A stretch of 64,000 nucleotides of DNA. Source: an uncultured Acidimicrobiaceae bacterium (GTDB lineage: Bacteria; Actinomycetota; Acidimicrobiia; Acidimicrobiales; RAAP-2). The position numbers and the translations under genes were made by a program. Below, in pieces: positions 36,432 through 47,023 of this stretch. The notes under the pieces were generated by a model. The model was not told the DNA's origin. It worked only from the letters and a program-made list of their open reading frames with translations, and made no database searches. Within the stretch, counting starts at the first letter, position 1; every line of letters begins with the position of its first letter. Where the stretch lies: contig CAVUZI010000001.1 in NCBI GenBank assembly GCA_963745955.1, positions 31,773 to 95,772 of the forward strand, read 5' to 3'.

Positions 36432-37655
36432 ATGACCGGAGCCGTCACCGTGCCGACAGGCACCTCGAACCCCGATCCGGTGGACGGGTCCGTCGACAGG
36501 ACCGACTGGGTGGCGGCCATCCCGTTCTTCGTGGCCCACCTCGTCCCGCTGGGCGCGTTCTTCGTGGTGGTCACCTGGCAGGACTGGGTGCTGTGTGCCG
36601 TCTTGTACCTGAGCCGGATGTTCTTCATCACCGCCGGCTACCACCGGTACTTCTCCCACCGCAGCTACCGCATGAGCCGGGCGGCCCAGTTCCTCATGGC
36701 CTTCGGGGGGACCACCGCCCTGCAGAAGGGCCCCCTGTGGTGGGCCAGCCACCACCGGCTCCATCACCGCTACACCGACCTCGACGAGGATGTCCACTCT
36801 CCCCGCGACGGGTTCTGGTGGAGCCACGTGGGCTGGATCCTGTCGACCAAGTACAAGGACACCGACCTGAGCGCGATCAAGGACTTCGCCGCCTATCCCG
36901 AGCTCCGGCTGGTCGAGCGCACGTCGTGGGTCGGTCCGTGGCTCCTGGCCATCGCCTGCCTCCTCATCGGGGGTTGGGGCGGCCTGTTCATCGGGTTCTT
37001 CCTTTCCACCGTCCTGCTCTGGCACGGTACGTTCCTGGTCAACTCCATGGCCCATCTCATGGGCCGGCGGCGCTTCGCCACCCCGGACACCAGCCGCAAC
37101 TCGATGATCATCGCCGTCATCACCGGAGGCGAGGGATGGCACAACAACCACCACTACCTGCCCGCCTCGGCTCGACAGGGCTTCACCTGGTGGGAGGTCG
37201 ATCCCACCTGGTACGCGCTCCGCTGCCTCTCCGCCCTGCGCATCGTCCACGACCTGAAGGACCCCCCGCCCCGCCTGCTCGACCAGGCCCGGGTACGGGA
37301 CGGTGCCTTCGACATCGGGATGTTCCGCTCCTACTGGGAGCGGGCGGCCAAGGTGACCGGTGAGCGCATCGCCGATCTGAGCGCCCGACCGATGGCCCCT
37401 TCAGCCGAGTCACACGACGCCACCGTGCCCACCACACCGACCGTGCCCACCACACCGACGGTTCCCACGTCGGCCGAACCGACCGCGGCCGTGGACCGAC
37501 CGGCGGAACCGGGTGAACCCCTCTCCCATCTGTCGGGGCTGATCTCCCGGGTGCTCGAGTCGGCCGACCAACTGGCCGCCTCCACCCGCCGGACGCGGAC
37601 GTCGCCCCGGGTGGCCTCGCACGAGCAGGGATCCCCCGACCGCTCCACCGAATGA
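36432..37655 (+). CDS. Membrane acyl-CoA/acyl-lipid delta-9-type fatty acid desaturase with ~110-aa C-terminal extension
   Basis: Track ORF 36432..37655. The three histidine boxes are HRYFSH, HRLHHRYTD and HNNHHYLP, in the standard order with TM helices between them. The C-terminal tail is Pro/Thr/Ser-rich. Confidence 0.9.
   Translation: MTGAVTVPTGTSNPDPVDGSVDRTDWVAAIPFFVAHLVPLGAFFVVVTWQDWVLCAVLYLSRMFFITAGYHRYFSHRSYRMSRAAQFLMAFGGTTALQKGPLWWASHHRLHHRYTDLDEDVHSPRDGFWWSHVGWILSTKYKDTDLSAIKDFAAYPELRLVERTSWVGPWLLAIACLLIGGWGGLFIGFFLSTVLLWHGTFLVNSMAHLMGRRRFATPDTSRNSMIIAVITGGEGWHNNHHYLPASARQGFTWWEVDPTWYALRCLSALRIVHDLKDPPPRLLDQARVRDGAFDIGMFRSYWERAAKVTGERIADLSARPMAPSAESHDATVPTTPTVPTTPTVPTSAEPTAAVDRPAEPGEPLSHLSGLISRVLESADQLAASTRRTRTSPRVASHEQGSPDRSTE
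37425..37469 (+). repeat. 18-bp tandem repeat, 2.5 copies, encoding VPTTPT
   Basis: gtgcccaccacaccgacc (37425-37442), gtgcccaccacaccgacg (37443-37460), gttcccacg (37461-37469). Confidence 0.9.
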
Positions 37656-38467
37656 ACCGCCCGGAGTCCGTCCGGCCGGCCTCCGCAGCCGCATTCGCGG
37701 CGGCGGCGCTGTGGATCGTCGACCTCGACGGTGTCGTCTGGCTGTCCGGCGAGCCCATCGGTGACGTCCGCCAGGCCATCGCCTCACTGCGGTCGCGGGG
37801 AGTTCGGGTCGTCTTCGCCACCAACAACTCGGCCCCGACCACCGCTGAGCTGCTGGCCCGTCTGGATGCCTTCGGGGTGACCTCGTCGTTGGCCGACCTG
37901 ATCAGCTCGGCCGGTGCCGCAGCCTCGCTCCTCCAGCCCGGACAGTCGGTCAAGGTGCTGGCCGAGGCCGGGGTGCTCGAGGCGCTGGACGCCCGCGGCG
38001 TCGCCGTCGCCGACGGTGCACGGGCCGACGCCGCCGTCGTCGGCTGGACCCGGTCGTTCGACTTCGACATGCTGGCCGCCACGGCGACGGTGGCCCGCTC
38101 GTCGGGGCGGTTGGTGGCCACCAACGAGGACCCGACCCATCCCACGCCCGCGGGGCTGATGCCCGGGGCCGGGGCGCTGCTGGCCGCAGTGGCGACGGCG
38201 TCCGGCGTGCGACCGGAAATCGCAGGCAAGCCCCACGCACCGATGGCCGCCTTGATGAAGTCCATGTTCGGCTTCGCCGACGGGGACGGGTCGGTGGTGA
38301 TGATCGGCGACCAGCCGCGCACCGACGGGAAGCTGGCACAACGCCTGGGGATCCCGTTCGGCCTGGTCGACTCGGGCGTGACCGCCGCCGGCACCGGCGG
38401 CTTCGACGTGCCCGTGGCCGTGCGGTGCCCCGACTTCGCCACGTTGGTCCGCTCGGTCCTCGACTGA
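37652..38467 (+). CDS. HAD-superfamily hydrolase, subfamily IIA (NagD-like phosphatase)
   Basis: Track ORF 37652..38467. The ATG overlaps the desaturase stop (ATGA). Motifs: I VDLDGVVW, II ATNNS, IV GDQPRTD. Confidence 0.8.
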   Translation: MNRPESVRPASAAAFAAAALWIVDLDGVVWLSGEPIGDVRQAIASLRSRGVRVVFATNNSAPTTAELLARLDAFGVTSSLADLISSAGAAASLLQPGQSVKVLAEAGVLEALDARGVAVADGARADAAVVGWTRSFDFDMLAATATVARSSGRLVATNEDPTHPTPAGLMPGAGALLAAVATASGVRPEIAGKPHAPMAALMKSMFGFADGDGSVVMIGDQPRTDGKLAQRLGIPFGLVDSGVTAAGTGGFDVPVAVRCPDFATLVRSVLD

Positions 38468-38545
38468 GTCGACCAGTTGGGCCGACGGGGTGCACGGCGG
38501 CAAAAACCGCTTTCTGCGAGCAAGCACGCCAGGTAGGGTGGGCCG

Positions 38546-39066
38546 ATGGTCAACAAGGACGCGTTCCAGCGGTATCTCGACGCAGGTCTCGCCTTCACCA
38601 CCATGACCCGGGCCCGCGCCGAGGAGCTGGTACAAGAGCTCGTCCAGAGCGGGGAGTTCCAGAGCGGCGACGCCCGGGCCAAGGTCGACGAGCTCATCGA
38701 ACGCACCCGCAAGGCCCGGGAGGCCCTGGTCTCCCAGGTGCGCCGCGAGGTGGTGACCCAACTCGACAGCATGGGCATCACCAGTGTCGAGGAGCTGGCC
38801 AAGCAGGTGGCACTGCTCCTGTCCAAGACGGCGGAGGCGGGCAAGGCGGCCACGGCCACGGCCAAGAAGGCGGCGGCAAGAAGGCGGCGAAGAAGGCCGC
38901 GGCGAAGAAGGCCCCGGCGAAGAAGGCCCCGGCGAAGAAGGCCGCCGGCCGAAGAAGTCGCCGGCAAGAAGGCGGCGGCGAAGAAGGCGGCGGCCAAGAA
39001 GGCGGTGGCGAAGAAGGCCCGGCGAAGAAGTCGGCCAAGTCCGCCGGCACCGGGTCGGAAGGCTGA
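38546..39066 (+). pseudogene. Phasin-like helical protein with Lys/Ala-rich (AKKA-repeat, histone-H1-like) tail; the tail needs 2-3 frame changes
   Basis: ORF 38546.. gives MVNKDAFQRYLDAGLAFTTMTRARAEELVQELVQSGEF... (phasin-like). After KAATATAKKAAA it degenerates into RRRRRRPRRRRP. The AKKA-type reading (KKAAKKAAAKKAPAKKAPAKKAAG..., then ...GKKAAAKKAAAKKAVAKKA, then PAKKSAKSAGTGSEG*) switches frames near 38875, ~38945 and ~39018. The last repeat unit has ggccc where earlier units have ggcccc. Confidence 0.5.
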
Positions 39067-39909
39067 CCGGGCCGACACGGCGTCGCCTCGATCGGGCCAT
39101 GGTCGAACGGGGCCTGGTCGAGAGCCGACCGCAGGCGGCGGCGCTCATCCAGCAGGGGGTGGTGCTGGTGTCCGGCTCGGTCGCCGACAAGCCGGCCCGC
39201 CTGGTGGCGGCCGACGAGCCCATCGAGGTGTCCGGCCCGCCCAAGCGGTTCGTCAGCCGGGCAGGGGAGAAGCTGCACGCCGCGCTGGTGCGATTCGCCA
39301 TCGACCCGGTCGGCCTCCGGGCTCTGGATGCCGGTGCCTCCACCGGTGGCTTCACCGACTGCCTGTTGCAGGCCGGGGCCGACTCGGTCATCGCCGTCGA
39401 CGTGGGCCATGGCCAGCTCCACGAGCGGCTCCGGCGGGACGACCGGGTGACCAACCTCGAACGCCTGGACATCCGCGACGTGTCCCTGTCCACGGTCGGA
39501 AGCCCGGTCGGCCTGGTGACGGCCGATCTCTCGTTCATCTCGGTGACCCGGGCCATCCCCGTGCTGGTGGGTGAGGTGGCCCGACCCGGTGCGCCAGTGG
39601 TGGTCCTGGTCAAGCCCCAATTCGAAGCGGGACGGGCGGAGGCCTCCCGGGGCCGGGGCGTCATCCGCGACCCCGAGGTCCACCGCCGGACGCTGGGCGA
39701 GGTGTCGGGCGCACTCGACGCCGCCGGAGCAGTCATCATGGGGGTCATGCCCTCACCGATCACCGGGCCCGCCGGCAACATCGAGTTCCTCATCCACGCC
39801 CGGACGCCGGCGGCGCCCATCGCCCGTCACCGGGTCGTCCGGCCGGAGCTCGGCGGCCATGGTCGACGAAGCCGTGGCCGAAGCCCACGCCTCCGGGTCG
39901 AGAGGGTAG
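39063..39909 (+). pseudogene. tlyA: TlyA-type 16S/23S rRNA (cytidine-2'-O)-methyltransferase, one frameshift near the 3' end
   Basis: In the frame of ORF 38784..39995: S4-like RRRLDRAMVERGLVESRPQAAALI and FtsJ-type ALDAGASTGGFTDCLLQAGADSVIAVDVGHGQL. Only CTG 39063 or ATG 39099 are available as starts. The natural end (AAMVDEAVAEAHASGSRG*, TAG 39907-39909, 7 nt before nadK) is in another frame. The switch lies somewhere in 39800-39855. Confidence 0.8.
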
Positions 39910-39916
39910 GCGGCAC

Positions 39917-40742
39917 ATGGCGACGATCGCCTTCTATACCCACCCCGATCGCCCCGAGGCCGTGGCGCTGGCCGAGCGCGCCACCAGGTGGCTGACCGAC
40001 CAGGGCCACCGGTCGATCTCCGCCCTGCAGACCGACGGCTCGGTGTCCATCGACGGCGCCGATCTCCTGGTCAGCCTGGGGGGCGACGGCACCCTGCTCC
40101 GGGCGGTGGTCGCCGCCCTCGATACCGGCGTCCCCGTCCTCGGTGTCAACATCGGCAGGCTCGGCTATCTCACCCAGGTCGAGCCGAAGGACCTCGAGAG
40201 TGCGCTGGCCGCCTTCTTGGGCGGCACCCATCAGGTGGAGGAGCGGATGACCCTCGAGGTGGTCGTCTCGGGATCCGACGGGCAGCCGGTGACCCGGCGG
40301 GCGGCCCTCAACGAGGCGACCGTCGAGAAGACGGTGCCCGGGCACACGGTCCGCGTGGCCACGCTGATCGACGGCCGGCCCTTCGTCACCTATGCCGCCG
40401 ACGGGCTCTTGGTGTCGACACCCACCGGTTCCACCGCCTACAACCTCTCGGCCCGGGGCCCCGTGCTCTCCCCCCGCCTGCGCGCCATCGTGGTGACCCC
40501 GGTCTCGCCCCACATGCTCTTCGACCGGCCCGCTGGTGCTCGACCCGATGGAGCGCCTGCGGCTCGAGGTGCTCGAGCCCCGTGCCGCCGTCCTCGTCGT
40601 CGACGGTGTCACCGTGAGCACGCTCGAGCCGGGGGCCACCGTCGACTGCCGCGAGGGCGATCAACCGGCACGTCTGGTCACATTCGGGACCCGGGACTTC
40701 CATGCCATCCTGCGGGCCAAGTTCCACTTGGCCGACCGGTAG
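39917..40742 (+). pseudogene. nadK: NAD kinase, one frameshift at the CCC run 40529-40531
   Basis: ORF 39917.. contains GGDGTLLR, VNIGRLGYL and STPTGSTAYNLSA up to VSPHMLFDRP. The C-terminus (LVLDPMERLRLEVLEPRAAVLVVDG...FHLADR*) is in the frame of ORF 40536..40742. Confidence 0.85.
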
Positions 40743-40756
40743 GGTCACGGGCGCCG

Positions 40757-42412
40757 GTGCGAGCCACCCTCCTCGAGCTCCGGGTCCGAAATCTCGGGGT
40801 CATCGACGACGTCACCGTGTCGTTCCGCGGCGGGACGACCGCCCTCACCGGTGAGACGGGTGCCGGAAAGACCCTGCTGGTCGAAGCCATCGGGCTCCTC
40901 CTCGGGGGCCGGGCCGATCCGGCGGTCGTGCGGGCGGGTGCGGAAGAGGCGATCGTCGAGGGTCGGTTCGCCGGCCCGCCCGGGACGGGTGACATCGTTG
41001 ACGAGATCGGCGGGGACGAGCCCGACGGCGACGAGATCGTGCTGGCCCGATCCGTGGTCCGCGGCGGTCGCTCGAAGGCGTGGATCGACGGACGCATGGC
41101 GTCGATCGGCGCCCTGTCGGAGGCCGCCTCCGGCCTGATCGAGCTCCACGGGCAACACCAGCACCGGTCCCTGGTCCACACCGACGCCCAGCGCGCGGCC
41201 CTGGATGCCTTCGGGGACGTCGACCTCAGCGCCCTCGAGTCGGCCCGTCTCCAGGTGCGCCGGCTGGGCGACGAGTCGGCCGACCTCGGGGGCGACGCCC
41301 GGCAGCGGGCCCGCGAAGCGGACCTGCTGCGGTACCAACTGGACGAGATCGACGCCGCGGCCATCGAGGACGCGGGCGAGGACGGCCGGCTCGAGGTGGA
41401 GGAGGATCGGCTGGCTGCGGCGTCGTCGTACCGCAACGCGGCGGCCGAGGCCCTGGCCTCGCTCTCCGGCATGGAGGATGCCAGTGCCCTCGACCGGCTG
41501 GCCGAAGCCACCCGCGTCCTGGCCGGTCGGGTACCGCTGGCCCCCTTCGAGTCCCGCCTCCGTTCGGCCATGGCCGACGTGTCCGATCTGAGCACGGACC
41601 TCCGTATCGGTGGTGGAGACGTGGGAGGACGACCCCGAGCGGCTGGAGGAGGTCCGCTCGCGGCGCCAGCTGCTCCACGAGCTCGAGCGCAAGTACGGGG
41701 CCGACCTCGGTGAGGTGCTGGCCTTCGCGGCCGACGCTCGCCGACGACTGGCCGACATCGAGCTCCAGGAGCGCCGGGCCGTGGTCCTGGACGCGGAGAT
41801 GGCCGATGCCCGTGCCGTGCTGGCGGCGGCCGAGGCCGAGGTGGCCTCGGCCCGGAGGGAGGCCGCGCCCCGCATGGCCGGCCAGATCCAGGCCACGCTG
41901 CGCGAGCTGGCCATGCCGTCGGCGCGGTTCTCGATCACGTCGACGGCGACGGTCCGGCCGACCGGGTGAGCTTCCTCCTCGGCGCCAACACCGGCGAACC
42001 CCTCCAGCCACTGGCCAAGGCTGCGTCCGGTGGCGAGCTGGCCCGGACCATGTTGGCCATCCGTCTGGCCATCACCGACAGCCTCGGGGTGATGGTGTTC
42101 GACGAGGTCGACGCCGGTGTCGGTGGTGCCGCGGCCACCGCCGTCGGATCCGCGCTGGCCGACCTCGGGCGCCACGCCCAGGTCCTCGTGGTGACCCACC
42201 TGGCCCAGGTGGCGGCGCAGGCCGACCACCAGGTGGGGGTGCGGAAGTCCGAACACTCCGGTCGCACCCGCACCGAGGTGGAGGTGCTCGACACCGATGG
42301 CCGGGTCGTCGAGCTCAGCCGGATGTTGTCGGGCAGTCCGGACAGCGCATCGGCCCGGCGCCACGCGCGTGAGCTCCTCGGAGTGGGGCCGACGCCGGTC
42401 TCACCGGGTTGA
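40757..42412 (+). pseudogene. recN: DNA repair protein RecN, two frameshifts
   Basis: GTG 40757 gives VRATLLELRVRNLGVIDD...GETGAGKTLLVEAIGLLLGGRAD (Walker A). The frame changes within 41592-41612, to ...VVETWEDDPERLEEVRSRRQLL. It changes again within 41921-41935, to DHVDGDGPADRVSFLLGANTGEPLQPLAKAASGGELARTMLA (signature motif), then DEVDAGVGG. Confidence 0.85.
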
Positions 42413-42463
42413 GACCGGGTCCGTTCCGCGGGGTCCGCACGATGGACCGGTCGCTTCCGGTAA

Positions 42464-44817
<2,354 letters not shown>

Positions 44818-44822
<5 letters not shown>

Positions 44823-44853
44823 GGGACCGGGCAGTCGTGAGGGACCGGGCATG
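44818..44853 (+). repeat. 18-bp tandem duplication spanning the nudix stop and the xerD start
   Basis: cgtgagggaccgggcagt (44818-44835) and cgtgagggaccgggcatg (44836-44853). Copy 1 contains the TGA stop (44820-44822). Copy 2 ends in the xerD ATG (44851-44853). Confidence 0.9.
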
Positions 44854-45786
44854 AGCCAACCGCTGTCCACCGGTGCCGAGGAGTACCTGTCCTGGCTGGC
44901 GGTGGAGAAGGGGCGGTCACGGAACACCCTGGCGGCCTACCGGCGTGACATCGCCGTCTGGGAGCGCTGGGCCCGGGACGCCGGCATCGACCCGCTGGAT
45001 GCCGGACCGGAGGCCATCGAACGCCATCTCGCCGAACTGCGGGGTCAGGGCCGGCACCCGACGTCGATGGCCCGTTCGACGACCGCGCTGCGCGGGCTCT
45101 TCCGCTTTCTGGTGGGGGAGGGGACCATCGCCGGTGACCCCACCGCCGATCTCCGCTCGCCCCGCCTCCCGCGACGTCTGCCCAAGGCTCTCGGGGAGAG
45201 CCAGGTGTCGGAGTTGCTCGACTCGGTGAGCGGCACCGGAGCCGCCGATCTGCGGGACCGGGCGTTGCTCGAGCTGCTCTACGGGTCGGGGGCGCGGATC
45301 TCCGAGGTGGTCGGGCTCTCCCTCGCCGACCTGCAGGGCGACCAGACGCCTCCTCCGGGTGTTCGGCAAGGGGGCCAAGGAGCGCCTCGTCCCCCTGGGT
45401 GGCCCGGCCCGGGCCGCTCTGGACGAGCTGGCTGTCACCCCACGGTCGGCCCCTCCTGGCCCCCGACCGCTGGCGCCGGCGCTCCGACGCCGAGGCGGTG
45501 TTCATCAACACCCGGGGCGGGCGCCTCAGCCGCCAGGGGGCCTGGGCCGTCGTCCAACACCGCGCCGAGCGGGTGGGGCTCGGAGCCGTGGTCAGCCCCC
45601 ATGTGCTGCGACATTCCTGCGCCAGCCACATGCTGGCCCACGGGGCCGACATCCGGGTCGTCCAGGAGCTCCTGGGCCACGTCTCCATCGCCACCACCCA
45701 GATCTACACCCGAGCTCAGCCACGACCACCTGCGGACCTCCTATGAACAGGCCCACCCGCGGGCCAGCCTGCCCCAGCTCAAGTAG
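44851..45786 (+). pseudogene. xerD: Tyrosine recombinase XerD-type, three frameshifts
   Basis: ATG 44851 gives MSQPLSTGAEEYLSWLAVEKGRSRNTLAAYRRDI...[27 protein letters not shown]. Switch at ~45343-45347 to [27 protein letters not shown]. Switch at ~45425-45432 to [10 protein letters not shown]...[16 protein letters not shown]...[37 protein letters not shown]. Switch at the CCC run 45709-45711 to [18 protein letters not shown]...*. All the catalytic R/K/H/R/H/Y context motifs are present. Confidence 0.85.
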
Positions 45787-45796
45787 GATCTTCCGC

Positions 45797-46135
45797 GTGC
45801 CACCCGATGCCCCCACCATTGACTATCGGCAGCTGCTCGAAGAGGAGCGCCGCCAGCTCCAGTCGGAGCTGGCCGAGCTCGGCTTCGGGGACGGTGGCGG
45901 CCTCGAGTACGACTCCAACTTCGCCGATTCCAGCCAGGTGACGGCCGAGCGGGGAGAGGCCGTGGTCCTCGCCGGCCAACTGCGCGAGACGCTCGAGGAG
46001 GTGGCCCGGGCCATCGCCCGGCTCGAGGACGGTAGCTACGGCCGCTGCGAGGAGTGCGACGTGGCCATCGAGCCGGCCCGCCTCGAGGCCATGCCGGCCA
46101 CCCGGTTCTGTATCAAGCACGCCAGCCGTCCCTGA
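45797..46135 (+). CDS. DksA/TraR-family C4 zinc-finger protein
   Basis: 3' part of track ORF 45359..46135. GTG 45797 gives VPPDAPTIDYRQLLEEERRQLQSEL... (coiled coil), then GSYGRCEECDVAIEPARLEAMPATRFCIKH (CxxC..CxxH/C). Confidence 0.7.
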   Translation: MPPDAPTIDYRQLLEEERRQLQSELAELGFGDGGGLEYDSNFADSSQVTAERGEAVVLAGQLRETLEEVARAIARLEDGSYGRCEECDVAIEPARLEAMPATRFCIKHASRP

Positions 46136-46151
46136 TCGGGACGGGGCGCTG

Positions 46152-46949
46152 ATGGGCTACGGGGGCTACGGCGCTGGAGCCGGGGGATCCGGTCGGCCCA
46201 GGAGGCGCACCCAACCAAGCCAGCGCACCGTCATCATCGTCGCCATCGGCGTGGCGCTGTTCGTCGTCCTGCTGGCCACCAACCGGATCAACCGGTTCGA
46301 GATCATCTACTTCTGCATGCTGGTCCCCTCGATCATCCTGCACGAGATCTCCCACGGGGTGGTCGCCCTGGCCTTCGGCGACGACACGGCGAAGAAGGCG
46401 GGACGCCTGACCCTCAATCCGGTCAAGCACATCGACCCGGTGGGGACCATCCTGGTCCCGGCCGTCCTCTCCCTGTCGGGACTCGGCGCCTACGGGTGGG
46501 CCAAGCCGGTCCCGGTCAACACCAACCGGCTCCGCAGCCCGCGCAACCACACCGTCATCGTCTCCCTCGTCGGGCCGCTCACCAACTTCATCCTCGCCGC
46601 GCTCCTGGGCGTCATCTTGGTTCTGACCACCCCCCACCTCGTCCTTCAGGAGATCAATTTCTACTGGAGCACCGGGGGCGGGGCCTACCCGCCCTCCTTG
46701 TTGGGCCAGATCCTGTTCATCGGCGGCATCGCCAACGTCGTCCTCGGCCTCTTCAACCTCATCCCGTGCCCGCCGCTGGACGGGGCCGCGGTGCTCGAGC
46801 GTTTCATCCCGGCCCGGATGCTGCCCGAGTACTACCGGATCCAGCCCCTCCTGATGTTCCTCCCGTTCGTACTCATCCTGCTCTTCCGCAACGAGTGGGC
46901 CCAGCTGATCGACCACGTCATCACCTGGTGGTCGGGTCTGCTGGTGTGA
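46152..46949 (+). CDS. Site-2 protease (M50) family membrane metallopeptidase
   Basis: Track ORF 46152..46949. HEISHG (HExxH) lies within a TM helix. NLIPCPPLDG is the second zinc-ligand motif. About 6 helices. Confidence 0.8.
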   Translation: MGYGGYGAGAGGSGRPRRRTQPSQRTVIIVAIGVALFVVLLATNRINRFEIIYFCMLVPSIILHEISHGVVALAFGDDTAKKAGRLTLNPVKHIDPVGTILVPAVLSLSGLGAYGWAKPVPVNTNRLRSPRNHTVIVSLVGPLTNFILAALLGVILVLTTPHLVLQEINFYWSTGGGAYPPSLLGQILFIGGIANVVLGLFNLIPCPPLDGAAVLERFIPARMLPEYYRIQPLLMFLPFVLILLFRNEWAQLIDHVITWWSGLLV

Positions 46950-47023
46950 GGCGGCTGCAGTCGACCCGGTGAGATCCCCCTCCGAAGGGACTCGCGCCCA
47001 CCCTGCGTCATGATCGCCTCCTG

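Noticed and set aside
38880-39574. A single-frame reading of ORF 38546..39574, giving RRRRRRPRRRRPRRRRP and a 342-aa product that overlaps tlyA.
   Set aside because: The poly-Arg/Pro string and the downstream Arg/Gly/Pro sequence have no precedent. The same DNA in adjacent frames gives a coherent AKKA tail ending at 39066, followed by a canonical TlyA.
37183-39820. Very long minus-strand ORFs (631 aa and 678 aa) across the desaturase, HAD, phasin-like and tlyA region.
   Set aside because: They are Arg/Ser/Pro/Ala-rich with no recognisable domains, and they lie antisense to four plus-strand genes with clear motifs.
40745-42364. A 539-aa minus-strand ORF opposite recN.
   Set aside because: It is a motif-free antisense shadow. 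The plus strand carries the RecN Walker A, signature and Walker B motifs.
44851-45786. The tyrosine recombinase as a possible prophage or integrative-element integrase marking a mobile element.
   Set aside because: The gene sits in the conserved tlyA-nadK-recN-pyrG-nudix-xerD order known from mycobacteria and has XerD-type motifs. No att-like repeats, tRNA, phage genes or transposase genes are nearby.
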